Assembly (NCBI GenBank): GCA_016183615.1
Contig: JACPEG010000029.1
Location: 8,012-72,011 of the forward strand
Direction of reading: 5' to 3'
Source: Betaproteobacteria bacterium
GTDB lineage: Bacteria; Pseudomonadota; Gammaproteobacteria; Burkholderiales; UBA6910
Length of the DNA stretch: 64,000 bases
The notes beneath the pieces are model-generated. The model did not search any database, had not been told where the DNA came from, and saw nothing but the letters and a program-made list of their open reading frames with translations. Below, piece by piece: positions 35,490 to 44,171 of the stretch (position 1 is the stretch's first letter; every line of letters starts with the position of its first letter). A program made the position numbers and the translations under genes.

Positions 35490-36023
35490 GGCGTCCGATC
35501 CGGCGTCATCGCGCAGGAATGGATGCGACCCATTCGAAGACCGGTTCAAATGTGTGCCAAACCGAGGACGGCGTCGGACAAATCCGCCTTGTTCGACGGA
35601 CAGAAACGCCTGGACGTGATCGCGATGCCGCGGGTCGCGGCGGACGGCGTTCGCGCGCCGGCCGCAACGGAATGCGGGATGCCCGAACGGAGGAGCAGCC
35701 CGCGCTGTCGCCGGCGGTCGTGGTGCTACAGTGGCTGGATCGGTAGTGCTATGAGCACTTCAGGCGGAAAGGGGGTGCGGAAGGCAAGGGTTTGCCGGGG
35801 CCGGCACCCCGACGTCGCGGAACGCATGGGGCCGTCTCCCTCAGGGAGCAACCGCGTTCCCCTTTATCCGGAGTACGCGGCGGCGCAACAATACAGGCAC
35901 GGGATCGCGGAATTACGCCCCCCGGGCGTTGCGCCAAAACACAGTCCGAGCCGAGCTTGCCGCCGGAGTGTCCTGTTTGTGGGACATTCCTGTCTGCCGC
36001 CCGGCACTGTGCGGGACATTCCC

Positions 36024-37961
36024 CTACAGGAATTGCCGCTGGTCGATGCCAAGGGCCTCGAACTTGCGGTAGAGCGTCGACCGCGACATCCCGAGTTCCC
36101 TCGCGACCCGGCTCACCTTCCGGTACTTGTCCAGTGCGGCAAGGATCACCTTGCGTTCGTAATCCCGCAACTGTTCGGCCGCAGACTCCATGGCGCTTTC
36201 GGGCGCGGCGCCGGCCTCCCCGATCTCGGGTGCCTTCGGAGGATTGGCCCCGCTGCGAATGTCCGGAGGCAGGTCGTCCACGGTAACCTGACCCTCGGCG
36301 CAGATGATCGCCGCTTCGATCACGTTGCGCAGCTCCCGGACGTTTCCGGGCCAGGCATAGCTCATCAGCCTGTCCTCCGCTTCGGAAGCGAGCGGCAACA
36401 ACGCGATGCCATGCTTGCTGCAGAATTTCTCCGCGAAGCGGCGCGCCAGCAGCCTGATGTCCTCGGGCCGCTCCCGCAACGGCGGAACCGTGATGCGAAC
36501 AACGTTGAGCCGATAGAAGAGATCGCTGCGGAACCCCCCCTTGGCGATTTCGGTCTGCAGATCGCGGTTGGTGGCGGCGACAATCCGGCAATCGGTATTG
36601 CTGGGGCGGTCCGTGCCCACCCGCTGATAGGTCCCGTCCTCGAGAACGCGCAGCAGCGCCGCCTGGATTTCCAGGGGCAACTCCCCGATTTCGTCCAGGA
36701 ACAGCGTGCCGCCATTGGCGGCCTCGAAGAATCCCTTGCGCCCCTTCGGATCCGCGCCCGTAAAGGCGCCGCCGACGTAGCCGAAGAAACTGCTGGTCAT
36801 GAGTTCCTTGCTGAGCGCACCGCAGTTGACCGGAAGGTAAGGGCCTCTTGCGCGCGCGCTGCGGCCATGGATGTAGCGCGCGATCAGTTCCTTGCCGGTA
36901 CCGGTCTCCCCCGAGATGAGGACGTTGGCGTCGCTGGCCGCAGCCTTCTCCACGAACTTGAGGGCCCGAACCGTTTCTGCGTTGGCGGTCACGAAATCGC
37001 CTTTGCATACCGGCTCGGTAGCGCTGGCAACGCGCAAGCTTACGCGACCGGTCGAAACGCCCACGATATACACCGTTCCGATCAGGCGTTCGGTTCCGGG
37101 CATCACGATGGGCACGGTCTCGCGAGTACCGCCTTCGGCCATGCGCTCAAAGGCATTCTGCTCCGCAAACTGCTTCGCCGCCTTGGTGGAGCTGTGGCGC
37201 ACGGGCTGTCCGCGACGGTCCACCACGACCAGGCTCTCCGTGGGATACCGCGACAGGTACTCCTGGAACCGCTGGATCAGGTAGTTCCGCTCGAGCTGGA
37301 AATCGAGCCGGAGATTGGCCTGAATCGCGTTGGCCAGGGAATAACTGAGACCCAGGGCCTGGTCGCGATAATCCTTGTCGATGGTCGTGAAGTCGATGAC
37401 CCCGAACAGCTCGTCGCCGTCCGGCCCGAAAATTGGGGTCGCGGCGCAGGTCCAGCTGTGCCAGCCCTCGCAATAGTGCTCCGCCGAGTACACGTGGACG
37501 GGCTCGCGCCTGCTGATGGCGGAACCGACGCCGTTCGAGCCGGCAACCGACTCCAGCCACCGCGATCCTTCGACAATCCCCGAGCGCTCCGCAGCCAGGC
37601 GCCGCACCTCCCGGTCTCCCGCGACGTGGAGGATCGCGCCGGTACCGTCGGCAAGGATCAGGATCCCCGGCACATCGAACAGGCAGGTGCTGACGCGATC
37701 GATGGCGGGTCGTGCCTTGTCGAGAAGCTGTTGATTATCTTCAAGAAGAGCGCGAAATTCTTCGTCGCTGAGCCTTAACCCGATTTTCATGGCGACATCT
37801 ATGCCCAGCTCCGCGCAGTGCCGCCAGTCTTCTATCAGAAGACGCTCATGGGGATCCGCAAGCTCCTCGGCGGAGACGAGTCCCGCGTTGAATCGCTCCC
37901 AAAGCGAATAGGTCTTGGCGCGGTCCTTTTTGAAACCGAAATAGGGATTTTCTCCTGCCAT
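36024..37961 (-). CDS. sigma-54-dependent transcriptional activator (AcoR/AcxR-like: N-terminal sensory domain, AAA+, Fis-type HTH)
   Basis: Start at MAGENPYF after GAGGAGGAG. Walker A GETGTGKE, GAFTGA motif, Walker B LFLDEIGE, C-terminal HTH VSRVARELGMSRSTLYRKF. No receiver domain. Confidence 0.9.
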   Translation of the reverse strand: MAGENPYFGFKKDRAKTYSLWERFNAGLVSAEELADPHERLLIEDWRHCAELGIDVAMKIGLRLSDEEFRALLEDNQQLLDKARPAIDRVSTCLFDVPGILILADGTGAILHVAGDREVRRLAAERSGIVEGSRWLESVAGSNGVGSAISRREPVHVYSAEHYCEGWHSWTCAATPIFGPDGDELFGVIDFTTIDKDYRDQALGLSYSLANAIQANLRLDFQLERNYLIQRFQEYLSRYPTESLVVVDRRGQPVRHSSTKAAKQFAEQNAFERMAEGGTRETVPIVMPGTERLIGTVYIVGVSTGRVSLRVASATEPVCKGDFVTANAETVRALKFVEKAAASDANVLISGETGTGKELIARYIHGRSARARGPYLPVNCGALSKELMTSSFFGYVGGAFTGADPKGRKGFFEAANGGTLFLDEIGELPLEIQAALLRVLEDGTYQRVGTDRPSNTDCRIVAATNRDLQTEIAKGGFRSDLFYRLNVVRITVPPLRERPEDIRLLARRFAEKFCSKHGIALLPLASEAEDRLMSYAWPGNVRELRNVIEAAIICAEGQVTVDDLPPDIRSGANPPKAPEIGEAGAAPESAMESAAEQLRDYERKVILAALDKYRKVSRVARELGMSRSTLYRKFEALGIDQRQFL

Positions 37962-38193
37962 GGTCCTGCTCCTCCTCGCGCTCCCGGCTTGGTCTGATTT
38001 CTTCTTATGGCGGCTCGTCGTGCTCCCGTGGATGCCGCGGGGCTCCACCCGGTGAGTCCCAATATAGCACCAAGGCCCAAGCAATTCCCGTGCTAGGTCC
38101 GTGCTGCGCCGCAACCAGCGTCAGGGGGCTCACCCCCCACTTTAGACTCCCTTTATGTTGGCCCCATAAAATACTCCGCCCCACGCCTTGTTC

Positions 38194-38207
38194 GGCATGA
38201 ACCTTGC
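38194..38207 (+). promoter_or_regulatory. possible sigma-54-type promoter (cGGCATgaaccTTGCt)
   Basis: GG-N10-GC spacing is correct, but the -24 element is imperfect (GGCATG). It points toward the small ORF at 38337. Confidence 0.3.
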
Positions 38208-38336
38208 TTCGCATATCAATAACAGTCCATGAAACGGACCGATGTGTCGAAACGACCCAAAGATGAATCGCCCGACATTTAGCCGTTTCCCGGGCTGACT
38301 GCGAATGCTTCGCCCATAGGGCAGGGAATACAGGCC

Positions 38337-38600
38337 ATGACCGAGATGCTGATCAACACCATCGTGCAACATCATGTTTGCAGGATTTTTCAGGATACGG
38401 CACACATGCTGGGTGTGGCGGTGATCGCCATTCCGGATGCCGACGCCGCGCGATTGAATCACGCCGCAGCCGAGCTTGAGGAAGTGCTGACTCATTACAT
38501 CCTGGCCAATTCCGCAACCGTCGAGCAGGCGGAGCTTGGGCTTCGCTCGCGAAGCCCAACAATATTTTTCGCGTCGTCCGTGACTTTTTGTTGGGCATAA
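38337..38600 (+). CDS. small hypothetical ORF (doubtful)
   Basis: 87-aa frame in an AT-richer patch. Its last third runs through REP hairpins and the stop lies in a hairpin loop. No family recognised. Confidence 0.25.
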   Translation: MTEMLINTIVQHHVCRIFQDTAHMLGVAVIAIPDADAARLNHAAAELEEVLTHYILANSATVEQAELGLRSRSPTIFFASSVTFCWA

Positions 38601-38614
38601 ATGCCCAACCTACG
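38536..38614. repeat. two REP hairpins of the TTGGGC..GCCCAA family
   Basis: TTGGGCTTCGctcgCGAAGCCCAA and TTGGGCATaaATGCCCAAcctacg. The second contains the TAG stop of the histidine kinase gene. Confidence 0.8.
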
Positions 38615-40817
38615 CAACGCGGCCGGCCGCCTCGACCTGCCGCGCCACCTGCAGCGGCACGGCGATGAAGAAGGTGCTGCCTTTCCTGGGCTCGCTCACC
38701 GCCCAGATGCGCCCGTCCATGAGGCGCACCAGTCGGGCGCTCACTGACAGCCCGAGGCCCGCGCCTCCGTAGCGGCGGGCGGGGGAGGCATCCGCCTGGC
38801 CGAAAGCCTCGAAAATGGTATCGAGCCGCGCCGGCTCGATGCCGATGCCGGTGTCCGCCACCGCCACGTGCAGAACGATGTTCTCCGGACCGGAGTCCCG
38901 TTTCGTCACGGTAACGCCGACTTCCCCTTTCTCGGTGAATTTCACGGCGTTGTCCACCAGGCGGTCGATGACCTGGCGCAGCGCATCCGTGTCTCCCAGC
39001 AGGCGCTCGGGCACGTCCTCGGCCACCTCCCAGCGCAGCCGGATGCCCCGGGCCTCGGCCCGCGGCTGGAAGCTCCCGATCTCCCAGGCCAGCAGGTCCC
39101 GCAGCACGAACACCGACGCCTGCAGCGTGGACAGGCCCGATTCCAGCTCGGAGAACTGCAGGATCTCTTTCAGCAGCCCGTGCAGCTTCCTGCCCGAGCC
39201 GTGCACCGTCTCCAGGTTCTCGCGCACCTCCGGCGCAAGCCGCGGGTCGGTGAGCGTAAGCTCGGTCATGGCGAGAATCCCGTTCATGGGCGTGAGCAGC
39301 TCGTGGCTGACGTTCGCCAGGAACTCGGCCTTGGCGCGGTTCGCCGCCTCGGCCGCGTCCCGTGCCCGCACCAGTTCGGCCTCGTGGCGCTTGCGTTCGG
39401 ATACGTCCTGCACGATCCAGATGGAGCCTTTCTCCATGCGCGCGGCGTCAATGGCCTTGCCGTAGATGCTGCACCAGAACAGCCGGCCGTCGCGGTGGCG
39501 GACCTGGGCGTCGCGGTGGCAGGTGAGTCCCTGGACGAGCTGGGGCTGGAGTTCCTCGCGGATGTCGCGGAACGCGTCCGCCGAGCGGTAGAGCGCTTCG
39601 ATCCGGATGTTCGCGATCTCCTCCCGCCCGTAGCCGAACATCTCCTTGAAACGGGCATTGACCCATATGGCGCGGCCATCCTTGATGAACACGATTCCGA
39701 CCAGGGCGTTTTCCAGGATCACCCGCATCTCGGCGAGCGTATCCTCCAGCTCGGCCTCCATCTTCTTGCGCTCGGTGATGTCGCGGGCGAAGGCGCAGGC
39801 CATTTCCTCGCCCTGGAACACCACGTGACTGACCGTCACCTCGACCGGGTACTCTTCCCCCGATTTGGTCCGGTGCCGGGTCTCGAAGCGCAGCAGCTTG
39901 CTGCGCCTGATCTCCTCGAAGTGCTCGGGCCACGCGGTCCGGGGATAATTGGGATCGATGTCCCACACACCCATGCCCAGGAACTCCTGCCGGCGGTAGC
40001 CCAGCCGCCGGACGCTGGCGTCGTTGGCGTAGATGAAGCGGCCTTCGCCGTTGACCCAGAATACCAGGTCGCTCGCCATGTCCACGGTGTACTGGGTGCG
40101 CTGCAGCCGGGCCTCCTGGCTGTGAATGTGCCGGTCGGCGCGGCGCACCACCAGGAACAGGGCCAGGTAGAGCGCCGAAAACACGAGCACGATGCTTGCC
40201 ACCACCAGGGCCTGGGTGCGCTCGATGCGCGCGACGAACGGCGTCACGTCGTCGTAGAGCTCGAACACGGCCTCGGTCTCGCCGGTCACGGGGCGGCGCA
40301 TGGGCATGTAGGTGGATATCAGGTTGGCGCGCTCGATGGTCTGCTCGAAGGCGCTGAACCGGTCCTTGAACACCAGTTCGCTCGCCACCTTGCCGGACAG
40401 TGCGGCGATCACGCCCGCATTGCGGCTGCCATCCTGCCCGATCTGGGCCAGCTCGCTGGAATAGATGCAGCGTCCCCGGATATCCCAGACCTTGATCTTG
40501 GCCACCGACAATCCGCGCGCCTGGGTCCGCACCGCCTGGTCGAGCGCGCCGAGGCCGGGGTAGTCCTTGAGCCGCTCCGCGGGCGCCGAAGCGGCAGCGG
40601 CCACCACGGAGGAAAACTGCGGCCACAGGGCATTGGCGAAGGTCTGGGTCATGTCCACGTTGTGGTCTTCGCCCATCTGCAGCAGGTTCTGGATCGCGAT
40701 CTGGCGGTAGAGAACGCCGAGCAGGATCGAGGCGATGAGCATCGAAACCAGGCTGGTCAGAGAAAAATAGCGCAACAGCTTGAACATGGTCTGTATCGCC
40801 GCCTGCCTGCCCGGCAT
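38610..40817 (-). CDS. membrane sensor histidine kinase with two PAS domains (no adjacent response regulator)
   Basis: 735 aa. N-terminal TM, periplasmic region, TM. PAS repeats. H-box ANVSHELLTPMNGI and G2 box GGAGLGLSVSARLV. Confidence 0.9.
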   Translation of the reverse strand: MPGRQAAIQTMFKLLRYFSLTSLVSMLIASILLGVLYRQIAIQNLLQMGEDHNVDMTQTFANALWPQFSSVVAAAASAPAERLKDYPGLGALDQAVRTQARGLSVAKIKVWDIRGRCIYSSELAQIGQDGSRNAGVIAALSGKVASELVFKDRFSAFEQTIERANLISTYMPMRRPVTGETEAVFELYDDVTPFVARIERTQALVVASIVLVFSALYLALFLVVRRADRHIHSQEARLQRTQYTVDMASDLVFWVNGEGRFIYANDASVRRLGYRRQEFLGMGVWDIDPNYPRTAWPEHFEEIRRSKLLRFETRHRTKSGEEYPVEVTVSHVVFQGEEMACAFARDITERKKMEAELEDTLAEMRVILENALVGIVFIKDGRAIWVNARFKEMFGYGREEIANIRIEALYRSADAFRDIREELQPQLVQGLTCHRDAQVRHRDGRLFWCSIYGKAIDAARMEKGSIWIVQDVSERKRHEAELVRARDAAEAANRAKAEFLANVSHELLTPMNGILAMTELTLTDPRLAPEVRENLETVHGSGRKLHGLLKEILQFSELESGLSTLQASVFVLRDLLAWEIGSFQPRAEARGIRLRWEVAEDVPERLLGDTDALRQVIDRLVDNAVKFTEKGEVGVTVTKRDSGPENIVLHVAVADTGIGIEPARLDTIFEAFGQADASPARRYGGAGLGLSVSARLVRLMDGRIWAVSEPRKGSTFFIAVPLQVARQVEAAGRVA

Positions 40818-41043
40818 CCGCCGGACGGGGTACGTTATTTGCAGAGCGCCGGACAGTTTTTTGTAGAACCGGATGCCGGCGTGCGCCGGGCCGCGGCGCG
40901 AGGTGGTCCCTGGACTGCTGAAAAAATTATCTGCGCCGCCGATGCATCATGCAATGAATATATGGAGAAAAACTGAGCTGGATCAGAGAACCGGGGATAT
41001 GGCACCCGGAATCTTGCGATTTTTCGCGGCCCTTCAAGCGCAA

Positions 41044-41061
41044 AGGCCCCTTCCGGGGCCT
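41044..41061 (-). terminator. possible rho-independent terminator downstream of the PsiF-like gene
   Basis: AGGCCCCggaaGGGGCCT followed by TTTGCGCTT on the minus strand. GC-rich 7-bp stem with a weak U-tract. Confidence 0.4.
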
Positions 41062-41119
41062 CTGCCAATCGGGGACCCCCCGACCCATGGCGGGCCGGCG
41101 GGCTCGCGGGTGTACCGCG

Positions 41120-41500
41120 CTATTTCACCTTGTCGGGGCCGCCTGCCTTGTTGCAGGCACTCAGGTACTTGTTGCGCTCATCGCCTTTGAGACCCTTGGC
41201 CGCGGCGGCCTTGCTGCAGGCGCCGAGGGTGGACTTGGGCTCGGCCGCGGGCTTGGCCTCAGCCACGACTTTCGGCTCGGCTGCGGGCTTGGGCCCCGCC
41301 GCCTTGGCTTCGGCCGCCGGTTTCGCCTTCAGGCATTCGCTCATGAACTTCTTGCGCTCATCTCCGGCAAGCTTCTTTTCCCCGGCCTCCTTGTTGCAGG
41401 CCGCCATCTTCTGCTGCTGGGGGGTCGCCTTCTTTTCCTCGGCCTGGGCAAGGCCGCTGATGCCCAGGACCACGAGCGCTGCAATCAGAATCTTGTGCAT
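41120..41500 (-). CDS. PsiF-family repeat protein (secreted)
   Basis: Signal peptide MHKILIAALVVLGISGLAQA. Two PsiF-type repeats (CNKEAGEKKLAGDERKKFMSECL and CSKAAAAKGLKGDERNKYLSACN) joined by an AEPK/AEAK low-complexity linker. Confidence 0.8.
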   Translation of the reverse strand: MHKILIAALVVLGISGLAQAEEKKATPQQQKMAACNKEAGEKKLAGDERKKFMSECLKAKPAAEAKAAGPKPAAEPKVVAEAKPAAEPKSTLGACSKAAAAKGLKGDERNKYLSACNKAGGPDKVK

Positions 41501-41696
41501 GGAAATCTCCCGTTGGGTGATCGTTATGGGTTGATGCCGCCGGAATCGGCGGCCGCAGAAGTATATACCATGTGGGTTTCCGCAACCATTGCGCCGGGTC
41601 CGCCGGCGGTCCGCGAACTAAGGGACGCCCGGCTGCTCTGCAAATATCCGTCTGTTCGCCTGACCTTTGAACGGTCCCCCCCGTTCCGATTGCCTT

Positions 41697-41780
41697 CCGC
41701 GAATTGAGGGACGCCCCGCGTCCCCTCCTATTCGCGGAGTTCGCACGGCGGGGCGCGCCAAGCGCCCCGTCCGTGCGAAC
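41697..41780. terminator. two strong GC-rich stem-loops immediately after the fpr stop (terminator- or REP-like)
   Basis: GTTCGCACGGCGGGGCGCgccaaGCGCCCCGTCCGTGCGAAC (41739-41780), plus a nested CCGCGAAT..GAGGGACGCcccGCGTCCCCTC..ATTCGCGG (41697-41737). No clear U-tract. Confidence 0.35.
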
Positions 41781-42532
41781 TACCAATAGGCTTCGATGGT
41801 AATGTGCCCCGGCTCCTTGCGCTTGTGCTTCCTCATGCCCCGCGCTTCCAGCGCCGCCGTGGTGTCGCGAACCATGTCGGGGTTGCCGCAGATCATGACG
41901 TGGGAGGCCTCGGCCGTGAGCGCGCGCCCCGTCCTCGCCTCCAGCCGCCCGTCGCGGATCGCCTCGGGAACGCGGCCGCGGATGGCGTAGCCCGTGTCCT
42001 CGCGGCTCACGAAAGGCAGGTAGCTGAACCGGCCGGCGTGGGCCGCGGCAATGGCGTCGATCTGCTCGCGGTAGGCAAGCTCGTTGGCGTGGCGCACGGC
42101 ATGCACCAGCACCGCGTGCCTGAAGCGCTGCCAGGGCTCGGCGGTCTTGAGGATCGAGAGGAACGGCCCCACGGCGGTGCCGGTGGAGAGCAGCCACAGC
42201 GTCTCCGCGTCCCGCACGTCGGCGAGCGTCATCAGCCCCGAGGGCCGCGGCGCCAGGAAGGCCGCATCCCCCGGCTCCAGGGCCGCCAGCCGCGGGCTGA
42301 GGGGCCCCTGGTTGATGACAATGAAGTAGAACTCCAGCGGCCGCTCGTCGGGGGCGTTCACGTAGGAATAGGGACGGGAGACGATTTCGTCGTTGATCGC
42401 CAGCGCGAGCTTGCCGAACTGGCCCGCTCTGAAGGGCTCCACCGGCGCCTCGATCTGCAGCGAAAACAGCACGTCGGTCCAGACGCGCTTGCCCACCACC
42501 TTTCCTTCAACCCACTTGCTGGTGTCCGCCAT
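41780..42532 (-). CDS. fpr: ferredoxin--NADP(+) reductase (bacterial Fpr type)
   Basis: 250 aa. FAD-binding RPYSYVN, NADP-binding LWLLSTGTAVGPFLS, and a C-terminal ...EAYW like E. coli Fpr. Confidence 0.9.
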   Translation of the reverse strand: MADTSKWVEGKVVGKRVWTDVLFSLQIEAPVEPFRAGQFGKLALAINDEIVSRPYSYVNAPDERPLEFYFIVINQGPLSPRLAALEPGDAAFLAPRPSGLMTLADVRDAETLWLLSTGTAVGPFLSILKTAEPWQRFRHAVLVHAVRHANELAYREQIDAIAAAHAGRFSYLPFVSREDTGYAIRGRVPEAIRDGRLEARTGRALTAEASHVMICGNPDMVRDTTAALEARGMRKHKRKEPGHITIEAYW

Positions 42533-42679
42533 TTGTTATTCGTCCTTGTGCCACTACATCGGTCCACGCGGGCCGGCGCCCTACACGGACCATGCTTCCG
42601 TCAACGGCGCCCGGAGGGCGCGGCCCGCCCTAAATGATCTTCGATTCACGTAGCCGCCCCGCCTCGGGTTGCATGACTT

Positions 42680-42805
42680 GTAGGTTGGGCATTTATGCCC
42701 AATATCAAGGCAGCAGGTAGTTTGGGCTGCGCCGCATGTGCAGCCCAACACCGGGCAACGATGCACCCGGAGTGTTGGGCTTCGCGGAGCGAAGCCCACC
42801 CTACC
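42680..42805. repeat. cluster of three REP hairpins of the TTGGGC..GCCCAA family
   Basis: gtaggTTGGGCATttATGCCCAA, TTGGGCTGCgccgcatgtGCAGCCCAA and TTGGGCTTCGcggaGCGAAGCCCAccctacc. Confidence 0.8.
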
Positions 42806-42830
42806 CGATCCCGGTTCCGCAATCGTGATC

Positions 42831-44105
42831 TCAATTGAGCTGGATTCTTTCCCCCCAGGGCACAGGCGCCCGCCCCTTGACCAGCCAGATGACCGGGTAC
42901 CCGGGCGGCGATTGCGGAAACTCGCCTTCGGCGTCGGTGAAGTACACCAGCAGGTCCGGCCGGCGTCCCTCCCGCTCCACCCAGTCGAACACGGGGGTGA
43001 AGCGGGTGCCGCCGCCGCCCTTCAGCGCCCGGGGAAGCGTCAGCGCCTCCCATGGCTCGTACACCCAGGGGCTGCCGGCCGCGAGCTGCTGGTCGCAGGC
43101 GAGCAGCGTCACCCGCGCCCGCACCTGGCCCTTGAGGGCGTCCAGCTCGGAGGCAAACTCCCCCAGCTCCGCCTCGCCGATGGAACCGCTGGTGTCGAGG
43201 GCCACCACTAGGTCGAGCTCGTGTCCCGCCAGCCGCGGCAGGATGGCCTCCCCCTCCCGCCGCGAGGGACGGAGATAGGTGTAGTCGTTGCGCGCCAGGC
43301 TCATCAGGTAACGGGCGAGCAGGCTGCGCCAGGAGAGCTGGGGCTGGATCAGATGATCGACGGCCCTCAGCCAGGATTCGTCGAGCCGCCCGGCCTGACG
43401 CGCCTGCTGGGCCGCCATCGCCAGCCGCTCGCGCCACGCCAGCGCCAGGTTCTCGCATTCCGCGGAGGCGCGGGAAGCAACGGCCGCGTCCGCCGGCGCA
43501 AGCGTGGATGCCGCCTTGCGCTCACCCCCGCCGCCTGCCCACTCCAGCGCGGCGGCTTCCCCGGCAAGCTCGCCCGTTTCGCCGGAGCCCGCCTCGCCCC
43601 GGTTCCCCGAACGCGCTCCGGCCGCCCCCGCGCTGCCGCCCGTCCCGCCCGCCGGTTCCGCATCGAAGGCGTGGCGGTCGATGGGCATTTCTCCGGTGTC
43701 GAGGGGAATCAGCGGATAGATCTCCTCGGCCGTCAGCCCCCGGAAGGCGGGGTTGATGAGGGCCCCGGCCGGCGGCCGCAGCCCCTCGTCGGCGAGAAGC
43801 TGATTGACCGCATAGTCGCACGCCACGTCCCAGCGCTTCTTCACCCGGTGGGCGCGCCGGGCGAAATGCGCCAATGCGCAGTGCAATGCTTCATGGGCCA
43901 GCAGAAACTGGAGCTCTGCGACCGTCAGGGCGGCCACATAGCGCGGGTTATAGTAGAGCGCCCGGGCATCGGTAGCCACGGTGGGGCACCAGCGCGGGTC
44001 CGCGGCCGTAAGCGGCAGGTGCATCACCAGCGCGCCGATGAAGGGCTTCTCCAGGATAAGCCGCGTGCGGGCCGCGGACAGCCGGGTGCGGAGGGGATCG
44101 CTCAT
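42831..44105 (-). CDS. VWA-domain protein with N-terminal HExxH putative metallopeptidase-like domain (DUF2201 type)
   Basis: Start at MSDPLRTRL. HExxH in LLAHEALHCALAH. MIDAS VVALDTSGS in the C-terminal VWA-like half. Confidence 0.8.
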   Translation of the reverse strand: MSDPLRTRLSAARTRLILEKPFIGALVMHLPLTAADPRWCPTVATDARALYYNPRYVAALTVAELQFLLAHEALHCALAHFARRAHRVKKRWDVACDYAVNQLLADEGLRPPAGALINPAFRGLTAEEIYPLIPLDTGEMPIDRHAFDAEPAGGTGGSAGAAGARSGNRGEAGSGETGELAGEAAALEWAGGGGERKAASTLAPADAAVASRASAECENLALAWRERLAMAAQQARQAGRLDESWLRAVDHLIQPQLSWRSLLARYLMSLARNDYTYLRPSRREGEAILPRLAGHELDLVVALDTSGSIGEAELGEFASELDALKGQVRARVTLLACDQQLAAGSPWVYEPWEALTLPRALKGGGGTRFTPVFDWVEREGRRPDLLVYFTDAEGEFPQSPPGYPVIWLVKGRAPVPWGERIQLN

Positions 44106-44171
44106 CCGGTTATGGTGGGGCCGTCGAACGAACAGGGTCAAGGCGCGGGGCGAACCGGCGAGCGGGCCGGA

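Noticed and set aside
35968-36024. GGGACATTCC direct repeats and TGTCC-N8-GGACA as the main enhancer for the carboxylase promoter
   Set aside because: They lie about 480-540 bp from the -24 element and immediately after the activator stop codon. The arms are imperfect, and they could equally be a terminator-proximal structure. They are kept only as a note within the intergenic-region finding.
38142-38495. 117-aa minus-strand ORF downstream of the sigma-54 activator region
   Set aside because: It has no recognisable family and no convincing RBS. It overlaps the equally weak plus-strand ORF and lies in a patch that looks like decayed or non-coding sequence.
41000-41017. TGGCACccggaatcTTGC, which resembles a sigma-54 promoter
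   Set aside because: The spacing between the GG and GC elements is three bases too long for a -24/-12 promoter. No plus-strand gene lies downstream.
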